A stretch of DNA of 64,000 nt from positions 438,881 through 502,880 of the forward strand of contig CAVVGQ010000009.1 in NCBI GenBank assembly GCA_963747825.1, in the 5' to 3' direction. The notes below the pieces were generated by a model. It was not told the origin of the DNA and ran no database searches. It saw only the letters and a program-made list of their open reading frames with translations. Each line of letters starts with the position of its first letter. Position 1 is the stretch's first letter. The DNA comes from an uncultured Acidimicrobiales bacterium. Lineage in GTDB: Bacteria; Actinomycetota; Acidimicrobiia; Acidimicrobiales; RAAP-2. Positions 1 through 10,200 of the stretch are shown piece by piece. A program made the translations under genes and the position numbers.

Positions 1-106
1 GAAGGTCGACGTCTCCGATGGAGCAGGAAAGCTCATTGCCCACGGCGAGGTGCGCCTCCAGAACATCACCCCCCCGAACGGGTAACCCTGATCCAGGCGG
101 TCACTC

Positions 107-151
107 CTCACCTACCAGCAGCAGGTCAAACGCGAAAGTGAACGGCCGAGG
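107..151 (+). repeat. 45-nt intergenic element, copy A (partner at 59445-59489)
   Basis: CTCACC-N20-CGAAAGTGAA-c-GGCCGAGG. 35 of 45 positions are identical to copy B, with the same spacing. The complement CCTCGGCC lies at 185-192. Confidence 0.7.
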
Positions 152-304
152 CAGCCCCGCGCCCCCACCCGTCCCGGAGCCGCCCCTCGGCCAGGCGCGG
201 CAGGAAACGGAAAAGAAATGGGCGAAAACCGGCTCAGGAAGATTGACGTATGCGTTAAGGTAACTTGACGCTGATGTAATCGACGATCGGATCCGGGTGG
301 GCCA

Positions 305-2242
305 ATGGCCATGTGGCAGGGCGTGAAGGAGGGGAGAGCGGCACGCACCTTGCGTGCCGATGGCTCCCTGGCCGATCTCCCTCCTAACTACAAGTGGGTG
401 GCACTGTTCATCTCCACCCTGGGCATGCTGATGGCCACTATCGACGGCTCGATCGTGCTCATCGCCCTCCCCGACATCTTCCGGGGCATCGGGATCGACC
501 CGCTCCAACCGGGCAACACCTTCTATCTGCTCTGGATGATCCTCGGCTTTTTGGTGATTACAAGCGTCCTGGTGGTGAGCCTCGGTCGCATGGGCGACAT
601 CTACGGACGGGTGCACACGTACAACCTGGGATTCGCGGTGTTCACCTTTTTCTCCCTCATGCTGAGTATCACCTGGATGACCGGGCACACGGCCGGGGTG
701 TGGCTGATCACCATGCGGGTGTTCCAAGGAGTGGGTGCGGCCATGCTCATGGCCAACTCGTCGGCCATCCTCACCGACGTGTTCCCGGACAACCAGCGCG
801 GCATGGCCCTCGGGGTGAACCAGGCTGCCGCCTTCAGCGGCACGTTCATAGGGCTCGTTCTCGGCGGCCTACTGGCCCCGATCGACTGGCGTCTCATCTT
901 CTTGGTGTCGGTGCCCATCGGGTTGTTCGCCACCGTATTCGGCTACCTCAAGCTCCACGAGACCAGCCCGAAGCGACCGGCCCGCATCGACTGGCCCGGG
1001 AACATCACGTTCGCCGTCGGCCTGATCCTGGTCATGGTGGGCATCACCTACGGCATCGAGCCCTACGGTCATCACGTCATGGGGTGGACCAGCCCGACTG
1101 TCATCACCTCACTCGTGCTGGGCGTGGCCCTTCTGATCGCCTTCTGCGTGATCGAGACCAAGGTCCCCCAACCGATGTTCCGTCTCCAGCTGTTCAAGAT
1201 CAGGGCCTTCACCAGCGGGGTGCTGGCCAGCTTCCTGGCCGCCCTCAGCCGTGGCGGCCTCATGTTCATGCTGATCATCTGGCTCCAGGGCATCTGGCTG
1301 CCGTTGCACGGCTACACCTTCAGTGTGACACCACTGTGGGCCGGGATCGCCATGCTCCCCCTCACTCTCGGGTTCCTCATCGCCGGACCTGTGTCGGGCG
1401 TGCTGTCAGACCGGTACGGGGCCCGACCATTCGCCACCGGCGGCATGGTGGGAGCCGCCATCTCGTTCGCCCTGCTGGAGGTCCTCCCAGTTGACTTCCC
1501 CTACTGGGTCTTCGCGGTGCTTTTGCTCTTCACCGGTCTGACCATGGCCGCCTTCGGCTCACCCAACCGGGCCGGTGTCATGAACAGCCTTCCGCCCCAG
1601 CACCGCGGGGCCGGCTCGGGGATGAACACGACGTTCCAGAACTCGGCTCAGGTGTTGTCGATCGGGATCTTCTTCACCTTGATGATCGTCGGGCTCGGAT
1701 CGTCACTTCCCCAGAACCTGCTGCACGGTCTGGTGGCCCACGGAGTACCGAGGAACGTGGCCGAGGGTGCCGCCCATCTCTCGCCGGTTTCGACGCTGTT
1801 TGCTGCGTTCTTGGGGTACGACCCCGTCGAACACCTGATCGGTGCCCATGTGCTCAGCCAACTGCCGGTGGCTCAGCAGCACGCGCTCACCGGTCGCAGC
1901 TTCTTTCCCGGACTGATCAGCGCCCCGTTCAAAGCCGGTCTCCATGCCGCTCTCGACTTCGCCATCGTGGCCAGCCTGTTCGCGGCGGCGGCATCGTGGT
2001 TGCGGGGCGGCAAGTATGTGTACTCCGAGGTAGACGAACCTGACCGGCCGGGCCCCGGCGACGGGGGTGGCGCACCGGCAGCCGAGGAGCGGACAGTCGG
2101 CGGTCGCGAGGAGGGCGATCGACCGACCCCGGCGCCAACACCGGGAACGGCCTCGGCACCAGCACCGGGTCGTCCGGTACCGGCGGCCATGGTCGATGCG
2201 ACGCCGTCGGGTCCGACCGCCACGGGAGGGGCGGAGCCATGA
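305..2242 (+). CDS. MFS transporter, 14-TMS drug:H+ antiporter type (DHA2/EmrB-QacA-like)
   Basis: 645-aa ORF with many hydrophobic segments. MFS loop motif GRMGDIYGR after TM2 and LSDRYGARP in the second half. Pro/Gly/Ala-rich C-terminal tail. Stop overlaps the next start (ATGA at 2239). Confidence 0.85.
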   Translation: MAMWQGVKEGRAARTLRADGSLADLPPNYKWVALFISTLGMLMATIDGSIVLIALPDIFRGIGIDPLQPGNTFYLLWMILGFLVITSVLVVSLGRMGDIYGRVHTYNLGFAVFTFFSLMLSITWMTGHTAGVWLITMRVFQGVGAAMLMANSSAILTDVFPDNQRGMALGVNQAAAFSGTFIGLVLGGLLAPIDWRLIFLVSVPIGLFATVFGYLKLHETSPKRPARIDWPGNITFAVGLILVMVGITYGIEPYGHHVMGWTSPTVITSLVLGVALLIAFCVIETKVPQPMFRLQLFKIRAFTSGVLASFLAALSRGGLMFMLIIWLQGIWLPLHGYTFSVTPLWAGIAMLPLTLGFLIAGPVSGVLSDRYGARPFATGGMVGAAISFALLEVLPVDFPYWVFAVLLLFTGLTMAAFGSPNRAGVMNSLPPQHRGAGSGMNTTFQNSAQVLSIGIFFTLMIVGLGSSLPQNLLHGLVAHGVPRNVAEGAAHLSPVSTLFAAFLGYDPVEHLIGAHVLSQLPVAQQHALTGRSFFPGLISAPFKAGLHAALDFAIVASLFAAAASWLRGGKYVYSEVDEPDRPGPGDGGGAPAAEERTVGGREEGDRPTPAPTPGTASAPAPGRPVPAAMVDATPSGPTATGGAEP

Positions 2243-2709
2243 CGGCGACCCGGAACGCCACCACGCAACCGCCACCGCTCGTACTCCGGATCGGCGAGGT
2301 GGCCAAGCTGACCGGGCTTACCACCCGGACGCTGCGTTACTGGGAGGAGCTCGGGCTCATCCGTCCCAGCAGCTACCGCGGCCGAGGGGAGCGGCTGTAC
2401 TCGTCGGCCGACATGACCCGTGTGGTCCGTATCAAGGACCTCCAGGAACTGCTGGGCTTCTCTCTGGCCGAAGTGGGCGTGGTGCTGGACACCGAGGACA
2501 TCGCCACCCTCGACCGGGTGCGTTCGGAGCTCCGTTGGGGAGATTCCTCTCCCCGCCAACGGCGGGAGCTGTTGGAAGAAGCCATCGAGGCCAATGACAA
2601 ATTGCTCTCCCGGTTGGACAATACGTTGGCCCGCATCGGTGCCTTCCGCGACGAGCGGGCCGCCAAGGCGGTCCGGTTGCGGGAGTTGCGAGACGAGATC
2701 GACATATGA
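2239..2709 (+). CDS. MerR family transcriptional regulator
   Basis: N-terminal HTH LRIGEVAKLTGLTTRTLRYWEELGLIRP is the classic MerR signature. Coiled-coil C-terminal half. Translationally coupled to the MFS gene. Confidence 0.9.
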   Translation: MTATRNATTQPPPLVLRIGEVAKLTGLTTRTLRYWEELGLIRPSSYRGRGERLYSSADMTRVVRIKDLQELLGFSLAEVGVVLDTEDIATLDRVRSELRWGDSSPRQRRELLEEAIEANDKLLSRLDNTLARIGAFRDERAAKAVRLRELRDEIDI

Positions 2710-2776
2710 CCGAGCAGGACCGGCACCGTGGCCGGCACCCGGCCATTGCCGGACAACCGACTAGAGGAGGACGGAA

Positions 2777-3526
2777 GTGAGCGGAGACGCAATGCGAGCC
2801 GAAACCGTGCAGATCGAGGGACACGGCGGTGACCCGATCGAGGCCTACTTTGCCCAACCTCTCGAGGTGGATCCGGCCGGAGGTGTGGTGGTCATCCACC
2901 ACATGCCCGGCTATGACGATCCCACCAAGGAGATCACCAGGAAGTTTGCCGCCCACGGCTATCTGGCTATCTGTCCGAACCTCTATTTCCGCGAGGCACC
3001 AGGGGCCAGTCCCGACGATGCCGCCGCCGCCGCTCGGGCCCAGGGGGGTGTACCCGACGTCCGCCTGGTAGGCGATGTGGGAGGGGCCGCGGCGTTTCTG
3101 CGTTCGAGTGGCTCGTCGAACGGGAAGGTAGCCACCATCGGCTACTGCTCGGGCGGCCGCCAATCGTTCCTGGCCGCCTGCCGCCTGGATCTCGATGCCG
3201 CCGTCGACTGCTACGGCGCATTCGTGGTGGGATCGCCTCCGGACGGATTCCCGCTCAGCGTCGAGCCCATCGTCCATCTGGCCGAGCACCTGTCGTGCCC
3301 GCTGCTCGGTCTGTTCGGCGCCGAGGACCAGTACCCGTCACCCGAGCAGGTGGACGAACTCGAACAGGCGCTGATCAAAGCGGGCAAGGAGTTCGAGTTC
3401 CATTCGTACCCCGGAGCCGGGCACGCCTTTTTCGCAACCAATCGCCCCAGCTATCGGCCCGAAGCCGCCAACGAGGGGTGGGCGCGGATCTGGGACTTCT
3501 TCGGCCGGCACCTCGCCAGTCACTGA
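2777..3526 (+). CDS. dienelactone hydrolase family protein
   Basis: 249 aa. Nucleophile elbow GYCSGG and C-terminal GAGHAF His motif. GAGGAGG RBS lies 7 nt upstream of the GTG start. Confidence 0.8.
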   Translation: MSGDAMRAETVQIEGHGGDPIEAYFAQPLEVDPAGGVVVIHHMPGYDDPTKEITRKFAAHGYLAICPNLYFREAPGASPDDAAAAARAQGGVPDVRLVGDVGGAAAFLRSSGSSNGKVATIGYCSGGRQSFLAACRLDLDAAVDCYGAFVVGSPPDGFPLSVEPIVHLAEHLSCPLLGLFGAEDQYPSPEQVDELEQALIKAGKEFEFHSYPGAGHAFFATNRPSYRPEAANEGWARIWDFFGRHLASH

Positions 3527-3603
3527 CCCCGACTGCTCAGCCGGTTCCTGTCCCATCAGTCATCGAGTCGAACTGACAGCACCGCCACCGAAAGGACACT
3601 GCC

Positions 3604-3900
3604 GTGTGTACTTACCAGACGACGACCCTGACCGTGACCGGCAGCGGCAAGGGCACACAGGGTTGGTTCCCGTTGACCGACGCCACCGTGTACTTCGACC
3701 ACCCCGTGCACGCCCAGGCCGAGCACACCTTGAATATCGATCTGATCAACCCGTCGCGAGGGCCCGGTGCGCGAGTGGCCGTCGAACTGGAGCCGTCAGC
3801 GGCGCGGGCCCTGGCCGAGGGAATCCTCCGGACGTTGGGGTCCGTCCCCACCGCGCTGATGCAGGCGGCCGGCCCATCCGACGTGGGGATGCCCGTCTGA
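3604..3900 (+). CDS. small conserved actinobacterial protein (DUF6295-like)
   Basis: 98-aa ORF starting MCTYQT. GSGKG..GWFP..DATVYFDHPVHA..EHTLNID..NPSRGP matches my memory of the DUF6295 family. Not verified by search. Confidence 0.55.
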   Translation: MCTYQTTTLTVTGSGKGTQGWFPLTDATVYFDHPVHAQAEHTLNIDLINPSRGPGARVAVELEPSAARALAEGILRTLGSVPTALMQAAGPSDVGMPV

Positions 3901-3936
3901 GGTGAGCCTGCCGTGCCGGCCGCCTGGCCGCACCGA

Positions 3937-4581
3937 CTACTGCAACGGTGGCATCTGCCCGGGGGGTGCGGGCGGGGGCCCCTGGCCAGGCGGAGTGGCG
4001 GGCGGGGGATAGGCCGGAGGCGCAGCCGGTGGCGGGGGTGGCGGAGGCGGAGCCTGACCGGGAGGTGGGTACCCGGGTTGGGCAGGATAGCCGGGTTGGG
4101 CCGGTGGATAGCCGGGCTGTGGCGGGTAGTACTGCGATCCGTAGGCGCCCCCGGCGTTGTTGGCGGCCAGACCGGCCGGTCCCTTGGGACCGAGATAGGT
4201 GCTCTTCCCCAGCCACAGGATGTACCAGAAGATCACGGAGAGAAGCACGAGCCCGACCGTGAAGCCGCCGCCGTGCCCGAAGCTCTTCGAGACATCGTGG
4301 AGCACGATGATCGACACCACCAGGAGGGCGAGGCTGCCGACGAAGGGCACGAAGACCAACAACAGGAACCAGGCCCAAGAGGCCGGTCGGCCGGCCACCC
4401 TGAGGAGCACTATGAAGTTGTAGATGGGGATGAAAGCGGCCCAAGCCGGCTCGCCTTGTGGCGCTGCCTTCTGGTACGACCCGTAGACACCCAGGGCGAA
4501 GATGATATAGAGAGCGATGTAGACGATGATGAGTATGCCGGACCCGCCGCCGGATCTCGTTGCCAACAGCAGATGTCCCAT
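3937..4581 (-). CDS. DUF5684-like integral membrane protein with Pro-rich C-terminal tail
   Basis: Start taken at the internal ATG (MGHLLLATRS). The upstream part of the 336-aa ORF is Arg-rich and not coding-like. 4-5 TM segments are followed by PQPGYPPAQPGYPAQPGYPPPGQAPPPPPPPP. Confidence 0.6.
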   Translation of the reverse strand: MGHLLLATRSGGGSGILIIVYIALYIIFALGVYGSYQKAAPQGEPAWAAFIPIYNFIVLLRVAGRPASWAWFLLLVFVPFVGSLALLVVSIIVLHDVSKSFGHGGGFTVGLVLLSVIFWYILWLGKSTYLGPKGPAGLAANNAGGAYGSQYYPPQPGYPPAQPGYPAQPGYPPPGQAPPPPPPPPAAPPAYPPPATPPGQGPPPAPPGQMPPLQ

Positions 4582-4973
4582 GACATCCCCCTTCGGAAAC
4601 CGTACCCGGGGTTGGGCCGATGCCCATTTGTTAGCACTTCTCGGTTGGTGATGGGTCGATACGCCGACGGGCGGGTGGGCAGGTGGGCAACCGAATTGAT
4701 GGCGATGTCGGACGGCCGAAGCAAGGGCGGAACGGGTGAGGCCTTCAAACTTCATCACCGCCTTGTCCGGCACGGGTCCGCCTTCCAACAGTCCACCACT
4801 CAGCCGACTGCGACGAAACGTATCTCGTCGCGGCCTGCGTCCCGATTCAGGGGCAGGATCTTCTCGGAGGTACGGCCTGAGGTGCACCGATCCGCATCCA
4901 ACGCCGGTTGCGCGGATTTGGGTGGACCAGTACACTCCCGGCAGCAATCTGAGCTTCAGGTGGGAGGAATCAG

Positions 4974-5741
4974 ATGTCGACGAATCTGCAGTTTGCGGCG
5001 GGCGAAATGGACGTCGAGGAGGCCAAATTCAGCCCCTCCGTCATCGTATTCTGGCTGAAGACCCATGTCGGGGTGTCGACCACTCGCATTGTGACGAAGA
5101 AGCCCAATACGATCTTCGGAATCATTCCGCTCGGCTATGGGGATGCCAACTATCCGCTGACCAACGTCGCCGGTGTAGGGGTGAACACGAGATTCTCGGT
5201 CGCGAAGCTAATTTTTGGATTGATATTCCTGATCGGCGGAGCCGCTTCGGTGGCGAAGCTCCCGGGCCTGGGCATTCTCCTCTTGATCATTGCCGTCGCC
5301 TTCCTGGCCGGCACGTTCAGAGCCCGCCTCGTGATCGTGAACAACTCGGGCGGCAAAGATGGAGTGGACGTATCGATATTCGAGAAGTCCAAGCTTTTGC
5401 AGTTCCGGGAGCTGATCAATCAGCGGTTGTTCGCTGATCACGCCGCCATACGACACAACCAACACATGCAAGTCCAGAATGAGCAGCTGATGGTTCAACA
5501 ACAGCAGCTCACTGCTCAGATCATGCAGCAAAATGCCCAGCTACAGATGCAGCCCCAGATGCAGGCGCAGATGCAGCCTCAGATGCAAATGCAACAGCAG
5601 CCGCAGCAGGCCCCGCAGCAGCAGGCCCCGCAGCAGCAGGCCCCGCAGCAGCAGGCGCCGCAGCCGACATCGTATTCGTATCCTGACGATCATCCTCTGC
5701 AGTTTCTCGACCAGTTTCTGCAGCCTCCAGAAGCTGGCTAG
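4974..5741 (+). CDS. hypothetical membrane protein with Gln-rich C-terminal tail
   Basis: 255-aa ORF with two adjacent TM helices (LIFGLIFLIGGAASV / GILLLIIAVAFLAG). The tail is QMQPQMQAQMQPQMQMQQQPQQAPQQQAPQQQAPQQQAPQP. No family recognised. Confidence 0.55.
   Translation: MSTNLQFAAGEMDVEEAKFSPSVIVFWLKTHVGVSTTRIVTKKPNTIFGIIPLGYGDANYPLTNVAGVGVNTRFSVAKLIFGLIFLIGGAASVAKLPGLGILLLIIAVAFLAGTFRARLVIVNNSGGKDGVDVSIFEKSKLLQFRELINQRLFADHAAIRHNQHMQVQNEQLMVQQQQLTAQIMQQNAQLQMQPQMQAQMQPQMQMQQQPQQAPQQQAPQQQAPQQQAPQPTSYSYPDDHPLQFLDQFLQPPEAG
5604..5660 (+). repeat. 15-bp in-frame tandem repeat (cagcagcaggccccg, about 3.8 copies) encoding QQQAP units
   Basis: Read directly: cagcaggccccg, then cagcagcaggccccg twice, then cagcagcaggcgccg. 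Confidence 0.9.
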
Positions 5742-5825
5742 GAAGGTCCGTATTCGGGAGTAGACGGCGGACGCTATTTCCTCGATCTCGGGCGAGGGTG
5801 GGAACTGATTGCAGTCGGCAGCGAC

Positions 5826-5859
5826 CCACCGGCAATTGGTCGGGCAACCAACCCGGTGG
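5826..5859 (+). terminator. candidate intrinsic terminator hairpin downstream of the Gln-rich gene
   Basis: CCACCGG-caa-TTGGT-cgggca-ACCAA-c-CCGGTGG gives 12 paired positions about 85 nt after the stop at 5741. There is no U-tract. Confidence 0.3.
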
Positions 5860-6092
5860 TCGGGTGAGAGGTGGTCGAGCGTGCACCGGTTCCCAAGTGG
5901 TTGTTCGGCCCCCGACCTCTTCCTGCTCTTCCAGCGATCGTCGCAACTGATACTTTCTTCACCGGAGAGGTCGGTGTTTTGATCGACCCACCTGGGCGGG
6001 AAGGCCTGCCCGGCGGTGTCTGCACCGGGACATCGAGTTCTCGACCACCTTCCACCTCCACTGACAACCGACAAGAACAAGGAGCGGCGCGG

Positions 6093-7097
6093 ATGGACTA
6101 CTCCCGGAACGCGAGAGAGTTGGCTACCGAGTTGTCGGACCGCGACGTTGCCGAGGGACTCGCTGAGGCGAATCGCTCCCGACGGCGAGAGAACGCCGTC
6201 ACCACCAGCTGGATTGGTCTACCGGCGGCGCTGAAGCAGAAGATGATCAAGCGCACCGCCGCCGGCCTCGGCGTGGACGAGGAGTGGGACGTTTCTCACC
6301 TTTGCGCGGTCGTCCTCACTATCTGTGGTGCCTTGCTGACTTTCACGTGCTCCGTCGTCACGGCTATCGGCATCCACAGTGGAGGACTGTCGTGGAAAGT
6401 GGGACTGTTGTGGGCACTTTCTCTTGGGGCCCTTGTCGTTGGAGCGAGGGCATGGCGGACTGAACGAAAGTCCGTGGACCCTGAGCTGGCCCTGACCCAC
6501 ATGGAGCAGCTGGTAGTGCGCGGCTACCTGGTGGCTCCTCCCAATCTCCTTCAGCCCACCGACCCGGGTAATGAAAGTCGCCTGGCCGCGCTGGCGGCCC
6601 TCGCTTCGAGTGAGATCCGCCTGAGCCGCGTGCGGGAGGATGACCGATCGCTAGTTGAGGCGACCCGGTTGGATCTGGATCGGACGGTCGTCTGCGTCTA
6701 TGAACTCGCTTACCAAATCAGGGAGGCCCGGGCGCAGATCTCTTCGACCGAGGCTTACTCGGACACCGACGACTCACCGAGCGCTTCAGCAGAAGTGGCC
6801 GGCGCGTTGGACAGTGCAGAATCGGGGCTGGAACTGCTCGTGACCGAGTTGTGTGCCCATGCGGATTCGTTACTCCAGGTCGACCGGCTGCTTCTCGATG
6901 AGGAGCGACTGGCCTCGGTCATGGATCCGACCGTCGACGTCATGATCAATGACCTGTTGGCGTCTGCTGTGACAGCTGAGTACGCCGCCCGAGATCTGAA
7001 CACCCGTCGTCATGAGGTCGACGGGCTGAAGGATGTGTTCGACAGGCGGAGGACCACCTTGATCGGCTCGTGGCCGGATCACGTTTCTGGGAAGTAG
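6093..7097 (+). CDS. hypothetical protein, two TM helices plus long helical C-terminal region
   Basis: ATG at 6093 is preceded by AAGGAG (6079-6084). The ORF-track start at 5871 would add a non-coding-like extension. TM pair LCAVVLTICGALLTFTCSVV / VGLLWALSLGALVVGA. No family recognised. Confidence 0.5.
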   Translation: MDYSRNARELATELSDRDVAEGLAEANRSRRRENAVTTSWIGLPAALKQKMIKRTAAGLGVDEEWDVSHLCAVVLTICGALLTFTCSVVTAIGIHSGGLSWKVGLLWALSLGALVVGARAWRTERKSVDPELALTHMEQLVVRGYLVAPPNLLQPTDPGNESRLAALAALASSEIRLSRVREDDRSLVEATRLDLDRTVVCVYELAYQIREARAQISSTEAYSDTDDSPSASAEVAGALDSAESGLELLVTELCAHADSLLQVDRLLLDEERLASVMDPTVDVMINDLLASAVTAEYAARDLNTRRHEVDGLKDVFDRRRTTLIGSWPDHVSGK

Positions 7098-7248
7098 GAG
7101 AAACGCCAAAACCGGTCCGAGAGCCAGGGCCGCGGACCTGCGCCTTAGCCGCAGCCAGCCACCGCCTCGGCCGAAGAGCCGGCCCGGGTCGTCCCTCTGG
7201 TGGGAGCCGAGTCGGCGGTCACGACGTCACACCTCCTGAGTAGGGTCC

Positions 7249-10200
7249 TTGGCGATGATGCATCTGCACTCGGCCGACTCCGCCCCGCCACTCGCCGGGC
7301 GCCTGGCCGAGGTGCTCTCCGAGCTCCCTCCTGATCCCATGACACCCGAGTGGCTGGCGGTTCCCTCGGACGGTATGCGCCGGTGGCTGACCCTCGAGCT
7401 CGCCCGCTACCTCGGTGCTTCGGCTCGCGGCGCCGGTGACGGGATCACGGCCAATTTCATCCGGGCCTATCCGGGCACTCTGCGGAGCAGCATCTTGAAC
7501 GCGGAGCGTGCCGATCCCCGTGAGGATCCGTGGTCGATCGACCGGTTGGTGTGGTCGGTGCTGGCCGTCGCCGACCGGATCGCAGACCACCCTGACCTGG
7601 CCGCCTTCGTTTCCCCGCCACCAGGCGCATCGCGGTACGCCGTGGCCCGCCGCATTGCGGACCTCTTCGACCGCTACCACCTCCATCGCCCGGACATGAT
7701 CCGCTCGTGGGCCTCCGGCGACCCTCGAGATGGTCGTGGCCTCGAGCTCAACGACGGGGCGGCCTGGCAGTTCAGGCTGTGGCGGCTGGTCCGAGACCAG
7801 ATCGGTGAGGCCAGCCCACCCGAACGCCTGCCCGCGCTGCTCGAGAGGCTTCGCCGAGGCGATCTGACCCTGGGCCTGCCCCCACGTCTCCTCCTGTTCG
7901 GATTCACGCTTCTTCCCGGCGAGGGGTTTCTCGATCTGGCCGACGCAGTGGCCACTCAGCACGAGGTACACCTGTTCCTCCTGCAGCCCAGCCATGTGAG
8001 CTCCGGTCGGCCCCGGCCCGGGCCCAACGACCCCGTCAACCATCCGCTGCTGAGGTCGTGGGGGCGACTCCCACGGGAAGCCGCCCTGTTGTTGGCCGAA
8101 GCCGAGGCGACGGGCCTCCCTCCGGTCGAGCGGGTCGAAACGGACCATTCCCACCCGTCGGCCACCACGCTTCTCGGGCGACTGCAACATGACATCCGTA
8201 CCGATTCGGAATCCACACCGATGCCGGTCGATCGTGCCGACAAGTCGATCCGGTTTCACGCCTGCTACGGCCCGCTACGTCAGGTCCAGGCCCTGCGTGA
8301 CGCACTGCTCCATCTGCTCTCCCAGCCGGGCCGCGGCCTCTCCGAGGAGGACATCCTCGTCCTGTGCCCGGACCTCGACCGGTTCGCCCCCCTCGTCGAA
8401 GCGGTCTTTCGCCGATCGTCCGACGGCAACGTCGACGGGGGCTCGCCGACCGGCCAGGGCCCGGCCCTGCGCTTTCGCATCGCCGACCAGTCCATCAGGA
8501 CCACGAATCCCTTGCTCGGAGCCACGGCCGCGCTCTTGGAGCTGGTGGCCGGTCGGTTCGAAGTGCCGGCGGTACTCGACTTTCTGGCCCTGGCACCGGT
8601 GCGTCAGCGCTTCCGGTTCGACGACGACGGCCTGTCCACCATTGCCGAATGGGTGGCCGGCACCGAGGTCCGGTGGGGATTCGACCCCCGCCAGCGCGCC
8701 GGGTTCGGGATACCCGAGGTAATCGTGTCCAACACCTGGCAGGCCGCACTCGACCGGCTGGTGCTCGGAGCCACCGTCCACGACGACGACCGGCACCTGG
8801 CGGTGGGCGGCATCGCCCCCCTCGGGGTGGAGGGCGGCGACGTCGAGGTGCTGGGCAGTCTGGCCGAAGCCATGCGCCGCTTGGCCGACCTGGCCGAGCG
8901 AACCCGAGACACGTTGCCCGTCGAGGGCTGGATCGCCCTGGTGCGCCAGGCGACCGCCGACGTGTTGGCCGCCCCGCCCGACGCCGCCTGGCAGATGGAG
9001 GGCCTCCACCGGATCCTCGCCGAAGTGCTCGACGCCGCAACCCGGCAGGGGGCCACCTCGCCGGTGCCCCTCACCTTCGGCGACATCAGGCGGCTCTTCG
9101 ACGAGCAGCTAAAGGGCAAGGTTGGCCGTCCTGACTTCTTCCGTGGTGGCGTCACCGTCACCTCGATGACCCCGTTGCGGTGGGTGCCGTTCCGGGTCGT
9201 CTGCATCCTCGGGATGGACCAGGCTTCGTTCGGCTCGCCGGCGCCGGCGGCCGACGATCTCATCGCCGCGGCTTCCCGTCCCGGGGACCGTGATCCGAGG
9301 GCCGAGGCGCGCCAGGCGCTCCTCGAGGCCGTGCTCGCCGCCGGAGACCATCTGGTGGTTGTGCGCGACGGCAGGGATGTAAGAACCAACCAGGAGATAC
9401 CGCGTTCCCTGGTGGCCGCCGAGCTCTTCGAGGCCGTACTATCGCTGGACGAAGCCGAGCAGCGCCCGGCTCTGGCCGAGGACCTCGAGGTGCGACACCC
9501 CCGCCATCCGTTCGACGAGAAGTGCTTCGTCGACGGTGCCCTCGGGGAGGTCGGACCGTGGGGCTTCGACCCGTCCGACCTCGAGGGGGCCCGGGCCCGG
9601 CGCAGCCGATCTGCCGGGGCCCGCCCCTTCCTCGTGGATCCGCTCCCCTCGGGTCACCGCGAGGTCATCGATCTCTCCGACCTCCACTCCTTCCTCAAGA
9701 ATCCGGTGGCCGCATTCGTCGCCCAGGCACTCGAAGCCCGCCTGCCCCGTCGTGAGGAGCGTCTCTCGACCGTCCTGCCCGTGTCCCTCGACGCTCTCGA
9801 GAAATGGAAGGTGGGGGATCGCATGCTCACGGCCCGGCTCGCCGGGATGGACATCCGTGCATGGGTCGAATTCGAGCGTGCCCGGGGCACGCTGCCTCCC
9901 GGGGTGCTCGAGGACGAACTGGTCGACGGGCTGGCCGCGGTGGTGAGCGCCATCGCCTCCGAGTCGATCATCCGCGGCGTGCGCCCCGGCCCGTCCGAGC
10001 CCTACGAGGTGGACGTCGAGTTGGCCGACCGCACTCGCGTTGTCGGCACCGTTCCGTTACGACTCGACCCGGCCACGCCCGGACCGGCCCGCGTCCAGTA
10101 CAGCAAGGTCCGGGCCATCCATCATCTAGCGGCCTGGTTGGACCTGATGGTCCTGTCGGCCTCGGACCCCGCCACTCCGTGGCGGTCGGTCGTGGTCGGG

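Noticed and set aside
2-85. Open frame entering from the window edge (…KLIAHGEVRLQNITPPNG, stop TAA 83-85)
   Set aside because: It is probably the 3' end of a real gene. Only 27 codons are visible and no family can be assigned, so it is not listed as a feature.
5530-5670. Repeat-rich DNA checked as a possible CRISPR array (also 56409-56450 and 34080-34420)
   Set aside because: The units are contiguous with no spacers. Two of the three are in-frame coding low-complexity tracts (Gln-rich, Gly-rich). No cas genes are present in the window.
5541-6080. 179-aa minus-strand ORF with LLLRGLLLRGLLLRG repeats
   Set aside because: It is the antisense reading of the CAG/CCG repeat that encodes the Gln-rich tail, so it is an artefact of the repeat.
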